Assembly (NCBI GenBank): GCA_964016885.1
Contig: OZ024743.1
Location: 370,760,001-370,824,000 of the forward strand
Direction of reading: 5' to 3'
Source of the DNA: Eledone cirrhosa
Taxonomy: Eukaryota
Length of the DNA stretch: 64,000 nt
Every line of letters begins with the position of its first letter. Positions within the stretch are counted from its first letter, which is position 1. This document shows positions 44,370 through 57,813 of this stretch, in pieces. The position numbers and the translations under genes are program-made. Under the pieces are notes generated by a model that had not been told where the DNA came from, ran no database searches, and was given only the letters and a program-made list of their open reading frames with translations.

Positions 44370-44720
44370 CAATGAGACAATCAATAGATATAAGAACAAT
44401 CAATGGACAGATCAATACAGTGAGATAATTAGTGGACAGATCAATGCAGTGGGACAATTAGCGAATGGGACATTCAGTGAAAGAATTAGTTGACAGGTTA
44501 ATGCAGTGGAACAATCAGTGGATGGATCAATAGTGGGACAATTTGTAGACAGATCAATACAATGAGACAATTACTGGACAGAAAATCAATACAGTGGGAC
44601 AATCAATGGACAGAAAATCAATACAGTGGGACAATAAATGGACAGAAAATCAATACAGTGGGACAATAAATGGACAGAAAATCAATACAGTGGCATAATT
44701 GGTAAGAAGTTCAATACAAA
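44370..44720. repeat. 29-32-bp minisatellite next to an exon donor
   Basis: GACAGAAAATCAATACAGTGGGACAAT(A/C)AATG at 44577, 44609, 44641 and 44673, with more diverged ~29-bp units to the left. Confidence 0.85.
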
Positions 44721-44731
44721 ATAATAGTGAC

Positions 44732-44864
44732 CTTCAAGAAGTTTTTGTATGCTACTCCTCATGACATGGATATTCTCAATTCCCAAAAACTGGAACTTGA
44801 TGTTGGAATAGAAGCTTTCCTTTTCATAGCCTTTCCCAGCAGCTTTGTTAGCAACAGCATTGAT
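44732..44864 (-). CDS. MTMR6: MTMR6/7/8-like exon
   Basis: [47 protein letters not shown] acceptor, weak donor GTCACT, 133 nt; phase 1 fits the next exon. Confidence 0.92.
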
Positions 44865-45242
44865 CTACAATAACAATCATTTTAAGGGTTTCATCTTCAT
44901 TTATAAAAGATAAAAAATAAAAGAATAAACATTTTTGCCCTTTCCTACTTAAATTAACATAAAACTGCTTAAAGAAACAAAAAGATAAAAAAGGAAAAAG
45001 ATTCAATTATACTATTTACCTCTACATTATTCTTAGACAAATCCACTTAACACAGCACCAATAATAATTTTTTTTGTAAGTTTTCTTACGCGATCAGTTG
45101 CTAGGTGAAGTGTTAAATGGCCTCAGACCAGTTCCTGATCTCAGAGGCTCAATATATCATGCACTATTCTGGCAGTGATAATGATAGTAGAAACTTGAGC
45201 ACTGCCTATGAAGTGTTTGGAATTTACAAAAATGAACCATAA

Positions 45243-45463
45243 TAATTGTTTCTACTTTTGGCACAAGGCCAACAATTTGAAGGAGAGGAGAAAAGTTGAT
45301 TGAATCGACCACGGTGCTTGACTAGTACCTTATTTCATCCTTGAAAGGATGAAAGGCAAAGTTAAATTCAGCAGGATTTGAAATCAGAATGAGCCACACC
45401 TAAATGTTGCAAAGCACTTTGTCCAATGACCTAACAATTCTGTTGAGCCATTGCCCTTTTAAC

Positions 45464-45499
<36 letters not shown>

Positions 45500-45680
45500 T
45501 ATCATAATATTGGTTTCTAATTTAGGCACAAAGCCAGTAAAATATGTATGGGGGGAAAGACAAAGTTGATTGCTTATATCAATCCCAGTACTTAACTGGT
45601 ACTTTAGTGATCACAGAAAGTTGGAAGGCAAAGATTTGAACTCAGGGTATTTTGTCTAATGATTCTGTCAATCCTTAGTA
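45243..45680 (-). mobile_element. Two older SINE family A copies separated by (TAG)n
   Basis: Each begins TTTCTA(C/A)TTT(T/A)GGCACAA(G/A)GCCA and contains the GAAAGGCAAAG/ATTTGAACTC core remnant. Confidence 0.7.
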
Positions 45681-46625
45681 AAACAACAATAATACTTTAT
45701 GAGAAAGACATGAAACTAAAGCAATGGAATAGGGAGAGATAGTAACAAGTACAAAATCAAAAGAAAAAATAATTACTAGCAATCAATAAGAGAAAATTAA
45801 AGCTGAGATTGGTAGAGGAATATTTTGGTCATTTGTCTTTTAACTAATGACTTTCTGTTAGAGATATCTTTCTCTTCTTTAAAGATGTAGCAGTTAGATT
45901 TCAGCTTCAACGGTGTATGTGGGTTATGAATGAATGTTGATATTTGTTTAAATACATTCCCATGTATGAGTATGTGTATGTGTGTGTCAAAATCTATTAC
46001 GGTTGCATGTTACATAAACTCTGTTGCCACCATACCAAAGTGATATGTCAAAGAACAACAAAACAGCAGTCATGAAAGAATCTCGATGCTTTATTTAGTG
46101 GGATCCTCTTCCTAACACCAACGACTTTATAGAATATACTGGGTGTGTTTTATTGTGTCACCAACACCAAATATAAAAATAAAATAGAATTCTCACTAAT
46201 TTTCCAACTGTTATTACCTCTGTGAAGATGGGGGGGGGGGGGGGGAGTTAGAGAGCTAAACTGGTAGGGTAACAGACAAGTATAATAGGGAGCCATTACA
46301 TAGCAGCAGAATCACCCTCAAATTACACACTACTGTGTTAAGACAATATAACCTTAAACATATGTCTTAATCAAGATATGAAGGTACGTAGCCTAAATGA
46401 TAGGGTGTTGTAGTTCAATTCTTGGACCAGGCAGCACATTGGGTTCAAGTAAGATATTTTATTTCACATTGCTTTTCGTGACAGGACTGAAGCCTCTATC
46501 ATTAAAACATTCGATGAATCTCCTATGAGACACCTCGTAGGAGACCAACTAAACCTGCATTTCGTTTTCTCAAAGATGGGATGGTCATGGGTAGATAATC
46601 CAAATCAATAGCCAACAGATTTTAC

Positions 46626-46760
46626 CTTTGGTCTTGTATCAACCACATACATAAATGATGACTCTGGGTTCGCTCTCAAAATGGCATTGAGCATCTGTTC
46701 GTCTTCCACACAGCGAGCACTGAATCCAGCTAGTGGTTGACTGCAACGGCAGATAGCAGC
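46626..46760 (-). CDS. MTMR6: MTMR6/7/8-like exon
   Basis: AAICRCSQPLAGFSARCVEDEQMLNAILRANPESSFMYVVDTRPK. TAG acceptor, GTAAA donor, 135 nt. Confidence 0.95.
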
Positions 46761-47235
46761 CTAACAAAGAGAAAATATATATATGAAAATATAAATATAT
46801 ATATATATACAGCAATAGATTACAGATGTTTAATTTAAGATGCAATAGATTACAGATTCTTTAATTCGGCTGTAAAACCAACATGATTGTCATGTGTAAC
46901 AATAGTTTAAGAAAACAGAAAAAAAAAAAAAAATTTTCACTCTACCTTCCTAAACTTTCAGGATGAAATACAGTTAGAAATGGTAGTCAGCCCTAATCAA
47001 AAATATCTTTTACTGCTTTCAGTCATCGGAGAAAAATGGAGAGGAGGAAAACTCTACCCTCATGGCTGGATGGTATATTATAGTTATGCGCTGCAGACTA
47101 GATGGCAAACACATTGCTGCAGTGAACAGCCGCCAATATGTGCTGCATCAGCCATTCCACATGTGGAGGCAAGAGAGTGATGAAAACCATCACCTTAGAC
47201 AGCAACTCTAAATTTTTAAGATCAACAAGAATTAG

Positions 47236-48509
47236 GTATCAGGGAAATGGCCATGCTCAGCGAGTAGGTAGAAATTCCATTCTATGCCCCAAATGTAAAC
47301 TATGGGTACATAGAGCATGGCCTAGAATCAAAAGGCCTTAAAGTTAACTTGTCTAAGACTAAAGTTCTAGTATGTAGAAAGGTAAATAGAGTACAGGTGC
47401 CCTCTGGGAAATGGCCATGCTCAGTGTGTAGGAAAGGAGTAGGTAGAAATTCCATTTTATGTCCCAAATGCAAACTATAAGTACAAAAGAGATGTAGTAG
47501 GATCTCCGGCAGGCTAACAAAGAACATAGGTTTTAGGTGTGGCCGATGCTCAGGTACATTAAGTAGCAAGTGTCCACAGGATACTAGTTCCTTCTATTGC
47601 CCAGATGGTTCTATAGAAATAGTGGACACATTCCGTTACCTGGGTGATGAAATCAGCAATGGTGGCGGGTGCTCTGAAAGTACAGTAGCCAGAGTTAGAA
47701 TGGGATGGAAAAGTTCAAAGAGCTAATATCGCTGTTGGCCACAAAAGGTTTCTCTCTAAAAATGAAAGGCAGATTGTATGATGCCTGTATACGAACATCA
47801 ATGCTACATGGCAGGGAGACATGGGCATTGTGTGCAGAGGACCTGCGCAGACTGGAAAGGAACGAAGCATGCATGCTCCATTGGATGTGTAATAGTAATT
47901 TACACGAACAGCAAAACATAAACAAACTAAATGAGAAATTATGAATAAGAGGGATCAGATGCTGTTTGCTTGAGAGGAGATTACGTTGGTATGGTGATGT
48001 GATGCACATGAATGACAACAGCTGTATAAAAAAGTGCAGGGAGATCAAAATTGATGGAAGCTACGGAGTAGGTAGACCCAGAAAAACCTGGCATGACATG
48101 ATAAAATCTGACCCGTCACACTTACACCTCTCTAAGACAATGTCACTGGATTGAGACCTTTGGTGCTACGCAGTGATACAGAAGACCTGCCTTCCCTTAT
48201 GTACAAAGTTAAACCTACAGTCAGTAGGCACCTCTTAACCAAATATACACCCCAACCCACAACCGCTACAAAAAGCACCCAGTCCACGCTGTAAAGTGGT
48301 TGTGTAGGAGGCATGGTAAAAAGGCTCCCAGTCCACACTGCAAATGTGGTTGGTATTAGGAAGGGCATCCAGCCGTAGAAAACCAGCCAGATACAGTCCT
48401 ATATGAGCAAGACACTGTCACCCAATCAATCTCGCCTCAAATGGGACAATTCCTATCTAACCCATGCTAGCGTGGAAGATAGACGTTAAACAATGATGAT
48501 GATGATGAT
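47236..48509 (+). mobile_element. RTE LINE, 5'-truncated
   Basis: Disrupted RT C-terminal frames (FRYLG, LYDACIR, RRLRWYG), same 3' UTR as 1-657, (GAT)n tail. Confidence 0.93.
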
Positions 48510-49546
48510 TTAAATCTAACTTTTACTGTACTTTTTCTTGGAGAGCATCCAAAAAGAAACATTTTGATACCTCATTTGTGAAATAAGAAAATTTGAATCT
48601 TGCCTAATTAGGCCTAAATGAATAATTAGCCATATTTGAAATGTCATATCTTTGAAACTGAGGTGATAATCATCTTCAAATTACACAAATTAATTGTGTC
48701 CATGGGATAGCAGCTGCCTATTGTTTCAGGTTCTTGAAAATAAAACTTTTTTGTGGCAATTCTTAAAATATTTATGTAAAGCCTATTTTGTTGCATGTAA
48801 CAAGCAGTTGATTTCATGATGCAAGTTTTTCATGTCTTTTCAGACTTAACTAAATCCAATAGAACAAACCACAAGGACTTGAGTTTTGGCACATTTGTGG
48901 TAGGTACTGAACTAAATAAATTATGAGAATTTGGAACATGATACCATTTCAATAAAATTTTAATGAACAATTAAAAATGACTATAAACTATTAAATTAGT
49001 GATCAATGGTCGTTGCAAGCTTTTATGGCATTTTCAGACATGGCTATATTGCGATCTATTATCTGTAGGGGGCTCAGTTTTTACACTGGTATGGGGTATA
49101 AAAACTGAATCCTCTCTGTAAGTTTGGAGCTTTACAATATATTTAATAGGTGTCCCTGTAGATCTCCATGGAAGAGGCAACACACAGTTTACTTTCATAT
49201 CAAAATTCATTTTTTCTGTGGACAATTATATATCATTTGAAAGTTCTGGATATGAACTTTCTTCTCGTATACTTTTGATCAAAATCCGACACTTGCATAT
49301 CATGCTAGGTTGCGTATTCAATACGGGCATTACCAAAGCTTAAAAGTTAACCAAAGTGTTTCAAACAGTCCTGTTACAGTGTTCATGATAATTACCAAAA
49401 CATTATTCAATTTTATTTAATTATTAATGTAACTTTCTCCGAATTGCATGTAGACCTAGATTAAAAAACAAACAAAATATGAAAACTAATTCCTGGAAGC
49501 AAACCCATTAGTAGAAGAGAGAGAAAAAATAAAAACCAATCGGCAC

Positions 49547-52500
49547 TCATCATCATCATCATCATCATCATCATCTTCGTTTAACGTCCACTTTCCACAC
49601 TAGCATGGGGTAGACGGGAGTTGTCCCACTTGAGGCAAGGTTGGTCGGGTGACCGTATCTCGCTCATATAGGACTATCTAGCAGGTTTTCTACAGCTGGA
49701 TGCCCTTCCTAACACCAACCACATTTACAGTGTGGTACTGGGAACTTTTTACCATGTTACCTACACGACCACATTACAGCGTGGACTGTGTGGTTTTTTT
49801 TTTCGTGACACCTACACGATCTCGATCTCGATCTCATTTATCTCATTTATTTGGATTGGATGTTGTGGTACCAACTTTATATAGAGAGGGTTGGTGGGAG
49901 TGGGATGATAGGGTAGGGGTAGTGGATTGGGGTGTATATTTGGTTAAGAGGTGCCTACTGACTGTAGGTTTCGCTTTGTACATAGGCAAGGCGGGTCTTC
50001 TGTATTACTGCGTAGCACCAAAGATCTTAGTCCAATGACATTGTCTTAGAGAGGTGCAAGTGTATAAGGTCGGAATTTATCAAATCGTTCCAGGTTTTTC
50101 TGGGTCTACCTACTCCGTAACTACCATCAATTTTGATCGCCCTGCACATTTTTATACAGCTGTCGTCTTTCATGCGCATCACGTGACTATACCAACGTCA
50201 AGTAAACAGCATCTGATACCTCTTATTCCTAATTTCTCACTTAGTTCATTTATGTTTTGCCGTTCACGTATATTACTATTACACATCCAACGGAGCATGC
50301 TTGCTTCGTTCCTTTCCAGTCTATGCAGGTCCTCTGCACGTAATGCCCATGTCTCACTGCCATGTAGCGTTGCTGTTCGTATACAGGCATCATACAATCT
50401 GCCTTTCATTTTTAGAGAGAAACCTTTTGTGGCCAACAGCGGTATAAGCTCTCTGAACTTTTTCCATCCTGTTCTGACTCTGGCTACTGTACTTTCAGAA
50501 CACCCTCCACCACTGCTGATTTCGTCACCCAGGTAACGGAAAGTGTCTACTATTTCTATAGAACCATCTGGGCAATAGAAGGGGCTAGTATCCTGTGGAC
50601 ACTTGCTACTTATTGCACCTGAGCATCGGCCACATATAAAGTCTACGTTCTTAGATAGTTTACCTGTGATCCCACTACATCTTTTATGTACCCATACTTT
50701 ACATTTGGGACATAAAATTGAATTTCTGCCTACTCCTTTCCTACACACTGAGCAAGGTCATTTCCCTGAGGGTACCTGTGCCTTATTTTCCTTTCTACAA
50801 ACTAGGACTTTAGTCTTAGACAAGTTAATTTTAAGGCCTTTTGATTCTAGGCCATGCTTCCATGTTTGGAATTTCTTTTCTAGTTCAGCCATTGATTCAG
50901 CTATGAGCGTTAGATCATCTACATATAGGAGTTTCCATGGGCAGCCGGTCTTGAACTCCTCTGTTATAGCCTGAAGGGCAATAATAAATAGGAGGGGGCT
51001 AAGGACAGAGCCTTGGTGAACACCAACTTTTACAGTAAATTCTTTCCAATATTCATTGTTAATTCTAACCTTACTGACTGTTTCATTATACATAGCTTGT
51101 ATAGCTCTCACAAGCCATTCATCTACACCTATTTTTCTAAGAGCCCACCAGATAATGGAGCGGGGGACTCTGTCAAAGGCTTTTTCCAGGTCTACAAAAG
51201 CTAAGTAGAAGGGTTTACTTTTAGCTAGGTACTTTTCTTGTAGTTGTCGTACAAAGAAAAGAGCGTCTGTGGTACTTTTACCTGACACAAACCCAAACTG
51301 CATTTCATCTAGATCAATTCGCTCTCTGATTAGTTGCGCTATAACTCTTTCTGTAACCTTCATGACCTGGTCAACTAACTTAATGCCTCTAGAGCATCTC
51401 CTTTACCCTTGTAGCAGTTAATGATGATGCTGCTACGCCAGTCTTTTGGTATGACCCCATTCTGTATTACTTGGTTAACTATACGGGTGACCATAGTATG
51501 TCCCACCATTCCAGATGCCTTCAACATCTCAGCAACTATCTCCGAAGGCCCAGCTGCCTTGCCTGTCTTCATATCTTTGATTGCCTTACTTATTATACTA
51601 CCTTTAACTTGCATCGCTGGTCCTTCTATTGGATCGATTTGGGGCAGACTATCTTTTCCCCACTTATTCTCCTCATTTAATAGTCTCTCGTAGTGACGCT
51701 TCCAGGCTATCTTCTTATCAGCATCAGTGAGGGCAAGTACACCGTTATCATTGACACATTGTCTAGCAATCCTGAACACCTTGCGTTTTTGGTCCTCGCA
51801 TTGTAGAACATGCTTGAACTTTCTATCCTCTGCTTCCCTTTTGGCAAGGTACACTTGTCTCCTAGCCACTTGATAGTGCTCTCTACTTCCCCCATCCTGC
51901 CATACTTTCCAAGCCTGCTTTTTGGCCTTGATTGTCTCTTCTACCTTACTGTTCCACGACCAAGTTACTCTCCTCCAGACACAGATTTCATCCGTTGCTT
52001 TCAGCAGGTTCACTTTCAAGAATTGCAACTGTTCCTCTATATCGCACGTCTCTAATTGCTCTTCCTTATTGTCAAAGGCATCAAGTAATAAGCTTTTAAA
52101 TTTGTCACTGGCTATGGGGTCCTTCAACTTCCATATTCTTCTCCTCAAGGTAGGCCTCCTCTGTCGTCGAGTACGTCTATTTCTGACTGTGAGGTCACTA
52201 ACTACTAGGCTATGTTGGGAGGGATTTAGTGTTTACAACAGACACTTTGTCCCCTCTTCTAGTAAGGATATAATCTATCTGGCTGGCGTGTTCCCCTGAT
52301 CTATAGGTGATCAAGTGGTTTTCACGTTTTTTGAAGTTTGTGTTACAGATAGTTAGGTTATTGGCCTCACAGAATTCCAGGATTCTGAAGCCTTCCTCAT
52401 TTCTATTTCCAAACCCATAGCCTCCATGGATTCCATCATAGCCATCATTATGTTGTCCAACGTGGCCGTTTAGATCGCCAGCAATAATTAGGTAGTTGCT

Positions 52501-53490
52501 GTCGGTTATTTGGGAGGTAATGTGCATTAACGTCTCATAGAACCTGTCCTTTATAACGTCAAGTAGACCAGATTGGGGTGCGTAAGCGGATTGTCACAGT
52601 AGTTTTATTTAGAACTAGCCTTATTTTAATTATTCTGTCATTACTCTATTTACGTCGATTACCTTATCTACCCATTTTTCAGCTAACATAATTCCTACTC
52701 CACCCAGTCCGTTGTTGTTTCCCACCCAGAAATGTTTATAGCATCGTTTTTTACCCACGATGAATCTGGCAGACCCCCCTCTCCACCTAGTCTCTTGAAT
52801 ACAACAAACATCAACTTCTTTACGTTCAAGCATCTCTACAACCTCATTTGAGTGACCTTTCAATGTGCATACGTTCATGGTACCAACTCTGAAGTTGGGA
52901 GGGTGGGATGGATGGGTTGGAGGGGCAGAGGTGTAGGAGACGGAATTTTGTTGGTCATCCGTGTCTGAAATAAAGAGGGGTCTTTGTATTCTCGTCTTGC
53001 AGCGGGAGGTGAATTTATCTTTATCTGTGACATTGACATTGAGTGCTTAGACTTTTAAAATTTCCGCAGTCAACCCATCAAACAGGTCTAAACTTAAGGA
53101 GTAGTAACCGAGGTGGTAGCTTTGCTATACTGATTTGTTAGAGAACTTACTAAAGCCGCTGAGTTCTGATTGGACCATATAGCAATGGTGGTGAGTGGGG
53201 GCGGGTGGACGGGAAATGGGTAACTTTAGGAGAAGGTTAGTTTTTAGGAAGGTTCCAACAGCCAACAGATTTAGACATATTAAAAACATGTAAAATATAT
53301 AATTGAAAATCAGAGAGGAAAACGGAGAATTTGAATTTTAGACTGGCTAAGTGTTTAAAACACTGCTTATTTAGAAGACTACGGATAGAAGAAAAGACAA
53401 ATAGTGCTTACATTCTCAAAATCGACAGATCGCTTGTAAGATAGAGTAGATAGATAAATTCTGTCCTTGAGACTAGCAAGATTTATTTTA
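49547..53490 (-). mobile_element. Near full-length RTE LINE (APE endonuclease + RT), disrupted
   Basis: CIQETRW, AGDLNGHVG, SQIDYIL, FVDLEKAFDRVP, GVHQGSVLSPLLF, LYVDDL and (GAT)n tail at 49547. 5' boundary approximate. Confidence 0.95.
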
Positions 53491-54375
53491 TACTTGCGAT
53501 CAGGCGGGGGGGTGTTATTGATTTCACGATTATTTTACAATATGAAAATGTAGTCTTACCGTTCAACATTCAAAAACGAAGTTGTAAATGGGTGGAAATA
53601 CGACGGTGATTGAGGGGATCTCGCATGTAAATGTCAGAGTTTGATCAAAAGTATATGAGAAGAAAATTCACACCCAGAATTTTCAAATATCATAGTTCAT
53701 GGAAAAAATGTATTTAGACATGAAAATGATCAAGCAAAAAAATGGTTTTATGTGTGGTCAAACTTTATGTTTGTTGCCCCTTCTCGGAGCTCTACTGTGA
53801 TACTTACTAGTATTGATTTCCATTACTTGAGAGAAGACATTGCCAATCAATCAAACAATACTGAACTTGGCATTCACTCAGTAAATTAAACAACCATCAA
53901 GCTACTAATATTAGCTAAGATTATTTCCATAGATACATTAATATATTATATAGCATTGTGAAATTTTTGATTTCAGGATTTTTTTACAGCTTGATAACAA
54001 GTAACCAAAGCTGGACAAAGGTAGGTTGGGGTCAGTAATTACCAACTTAGGGTAAGCAAAGTCATGGCGAATCTCTAAAGGTAAAGTAGGACTGGGGGAG
54101 AGGGCATCTGACAGCTAAGTTCAAAATTTCAAGTACTCACATTAATTTGTCAAATGTCATGCTTATCTATTCACATTTGGCAGTTAGATTTGTTACAAAA
54201 AATATCCAACAATGACCTAGATATTGACTTCCACCATTTTTTAGCACTTTTCCAAACAGGTGAATTAATTTAAAATGCAGGTATAATCAGTGCAAGATTT
54301 TAGTCTGTCTCTCCATTCCATGCAAATATTTTCATTGAAAAAAATGTATAAAACCCTTTCACCAGTCAAAATAAT

Positions 54376-54513
54376 TGTTTCTACTTTTGGCACAAGGCCA
54401 GCAATTATCCCAGTGTATTACTGGTACTTTATTTTATCGACCCCGTAAGGATGAAAGGCAAAGTTAACCTCAGCGGGATTTGAACTCAAACCATAAAGGG
54501 CCGTAACTCTTTG
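54376..54513 (-). mobile_element. 5'-truncated SINE family A with 20-bp target-site duplication
   Basis: Flanked by CTTTCACCAGTCAAAATAAT at 54356-54375 and 54514-54533. Confidence 0.9.
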
Positions 54514-54689
54514 CTTTCACCAGTCAAAATAATATTGGCAATGTACTCTTACACAATGTACTCAGTAGATTTATATAAAAGAATGTGCCCAATATATAAG
54601 TTCATTAACAAGTGTGACACAGGTGAATACAGGTATTTTTGTATCTAATGTGTTCCAATATATTTTTTAAATATTTTTTTCAATATTGT

Positions 54690-55369
54690 CAGACAATATT
54701 TCTATCATGAAATTGGCCAAAACAGATCGGGTTTTCCTTGATTTGAAATCTGTTGTTGGGGATATCGATTAGTCTCTTCTGCCACAACCCCAAAGAAAGT
54801 TTGTGGCAAAAACAAAAAGAAATAATCCAGTGCTTTAGCATTGGGAGGTAATGTGTGTTGTGGACCAGTATTTTGAATAAAATCGGGAACATGTGTTGGT
54901 GTGGTATTTTTTGACCACGTTGCTGTAATATTTTCAAAGCATCCTGGAGATCTCCTTCGTTTTCACTTTCAAAACAACAATCATTGTCAGATGATATTTT
55001 AGAAATGTACACATCTGATTCGTTTGAGGATAAATTACTAATATTATCTTTTGTTTCCTGTTCATTCTGAATGTCGTCGTGTGTAAAACCTTCAAAGTCG
55101 GTATCGCTACTTTCATAAGCCATGTTGATACACACAAAAAATCTGTTCTACTTTTAATGTTAAAAAAACACATGTTGTTTCAAGTTGTTTCACTATGTTA
55201 AGTGTTAATTTTCGCTGTAAGGGCCTAATCTCGCATTAATCTCGAGATTTTGATGACGGTATTTTTTTATTTTTAGAACAATATTTTGGTATGGGTGTTA
55301 TTGGCCGTTTTTGGCAGGTTTGAACAAATAAAGGGGAAATAATTGCGTCCGGTTTTGAACACTAAAGGG
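54690..55369 (-). mobile_element. piggyBac element 5' remnant
   Basis: TTAA|CCCTTTAGTG terminus at 55369. Acidic N-terminus, then after a frameshift VPDFIQNTGPQH..ALDYFFLFLPQ..AEETNRYPQQ, typical of piggyBac transposase N-termini. No catalytic core. Confidence 0.78.
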
Positions 55370-55409
55370 TTAAAACATAATATACACACACTATTGTTAT
55401 AAACATTTC

Positions 55410-55592
55410 TCCAGAATCGGTAGAGAGTCAGACACCATGCTTTGACGCATAGAGTTACGGCCCTTGCCATTCTGAGTTCAAATCCTGCTGACGTTAACTT
55501 TGCCTTTCATCTTTACGGGGTCGATAAAATAAAAGTACCAGTAATACACTTGGATAATTGCTGGCCTTGTGCCAAAAGTAGAAACAATTATC
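55410..55592 (+). mobile_element. tRNA-derived SINE (family A)
   Basis: Homology to 25160-25352. Confidence 0.85.
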
Positions 55593-55737
55593 ACTATATA
55601 ACAATGAAGGGAGGGAGTAATTGTAGCAGGGGAAGTCAATAGAAGAATTCATTTAGATAAGAGGGGTCTTTATTAGTGTAAAGGTTGGTAGCTACAGGCT
55701 GGTTTGTAAGAGGTTAATTTTCTAACATTTGCATTAA

Positions 55738-56218
55738 CCCTTTTGATACCAACATGAAGGCATGTGACCTAGTGGTTGTAGTATTGGACTTACAATCATA
55801 ATGTTGTGAGTTTGATTCCTGGACCAGGTGGCATGTTATGTTCATGAGCAAAACTCTTCATTTTAAGTTGCTTCAGTATACTCAGCTGAAAATGAGCGCC
55901 AGCAGTATGGGAGTTGACTTGCCTAGGGAAAAGTCTTGCATTCTTAGTTGCTTTAAGTTCAGGAACCTGGTATAAGCACTGGCTTGATGAGCCTCTGGGC
56001 TTGGGACAGACTTTAACTTTTAACTCTTTTTATAACAACCTGGCCAAATGTAACAAAACAACCCATTTTAAAGAGTTCCTATTTAGATTAAAATATCCCA
56101 ACATATAAAATTAATATGTCGAGTTACTATTTCATAATGAAATAATGATTTTAGTAAATCTCTCAAAATTCTTAATTGAGATAGAGTGTATTTTATTTTA
56201 AATATGATCATGAAAGGG
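55738..56218. mobile_element. piggyBac-type MITE carrying an inserted family B SINE
   Basis: TTAA|CCCTTT...AAAGGG|TTAA ends. A related end TTAA|CCCTTTCATGA occurs at 24916. Confidence 0.65.
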
Positions 56219-56248
56219 TTAAAGTTATAGGGAAAGCATAATACTTAC

Positions 56249-56377
56249 TGAATTGCTTCGATGATAGTAGGACAAGACAGGTAGACGACCCCTACTCCGG
56301 AACTTCGAACTACCAACCAAAACTGGTGTCGTAGCTGAGGCTGGGACGTACAAGAAGCGGGGATAAGTATCACAGAT
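56249..56377 (-). CDS. MTMR6: MTMR6/7/8-like exon
   Basis: ICDTYPRFLYVPASATTPVLVGSSKFRSRGRLPVLSYYHRSNS. CAG acceptor, GTAAGT donor, 129 nt, phase 0/0. Not shown in this frame in the ORF track. Confidence 0.95.
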
Positions 56378-57813
56378 CTGCAAAACATCAGAATAAATAC
56401 TTCAATGAAAAATTTATTAAACAAATAGCTTATAAAATCTGTTGAAAAAAAACAAAACAATATAAGGTGAGAGACAAAAAGCAATTCCAATATGAAAAAA
56501 CATGAGCAAATAAATATTTTAAGGCTATTTTGCCTATTAAACCAGGAGTCAGCTTTGCAAGCCCAATGACAAATTTCTTAATTTTGACCTATCTATCATC
56601 TGTGTCCCCCACCAACCGACCTGGCTTTCATTTCTTCCTCCATCATCTTTAACTATGTCTTTCTTAGTATTCCTCTACTTCCATTCAGATTCATTTCCAT
56701 CACTCCTCCCACTCAGTCACTTTCATCCATTCACAACATATGACCCATATTGCGAAAATTATTTCTTTAAAATAGTTTCCATCTAAGAACAACTATGAAA
56801 ATAGTGGCTTGAGCCAGTTTTAGTAAATTGGCCAGCTAGATTTCAGTCATGTTTACAATTGTAACAATTGACTTCTTAGTTGGAGAAAGAAAACAAAAAC
56901 CTAGCAGTAATTGTTAGTAACTCTAAAACAAAAGGGAAAATACTTGCAAAACTTAAGAATCAATCTCACAAAGTCAATTTACATGATTATGATGGAAGGA
57001 AAGTTTGACCTTTGTTTGCAGGTAAGGAATAACTATGGAGCTATTTTAGTCATTTATACCACATCAGTACCATATAGTCTAGTCAAACCTGCTTAATCAG
57101 TTGACAAAGATTTTTGCATATAACAAAAGAGTTATGAATAATTTTTACCAGTATAACTTAAAATAATTTAAAAAATAAAATGAGATAAAAAGAGAAAATA
57201 TGAGGAAGAGAGAAAAGAGAAATATAATTGAGTAAATTATAAGTATGTAATTAAGATTATAATTATTTTGTATCTACAGATTATGGAAAACTAAGTGCAA
57301 TGCTCACAGTATAAATATTAGTATTAATCTCTAGACTGTGTTTTAAGTGACTAACACTTTTAATAAAAACATGAGAGAGAGTAAAAAGAGGAGGTAAAGT
57401 GAAGGGTCAGAAATTATAATTGAATATTCTATACAATATTACAAATTTTATATAAGAAACTGTATCATAAACTTCCTGGTAATATTAGAAAGTATAATTT
57501 AATCCTGATTATCAAACATAAGAAATAGATCAAATTTTATTAAAATTTACAAGAATAGAAGATAATAATGAGAGAATTCATAGCTAATAGCATTATTATT
57601 GTGATTGAAACTAAAAGAATTTTTTTTTAAATTAAACCTTAATTATGTTATAATATAATTCAAAATTAAAGAAATATGAATAAATATTTACTTTTAATTT
57701 ATAAATATTGTTTAACATATATATTTACTAAGAATAAAGGAATTATATTTGAAACAATGTTTAATTATAGAAAATCTCTCAAACTTTTACAAAGCCCTGA
57801 GGCAATAAAATGT

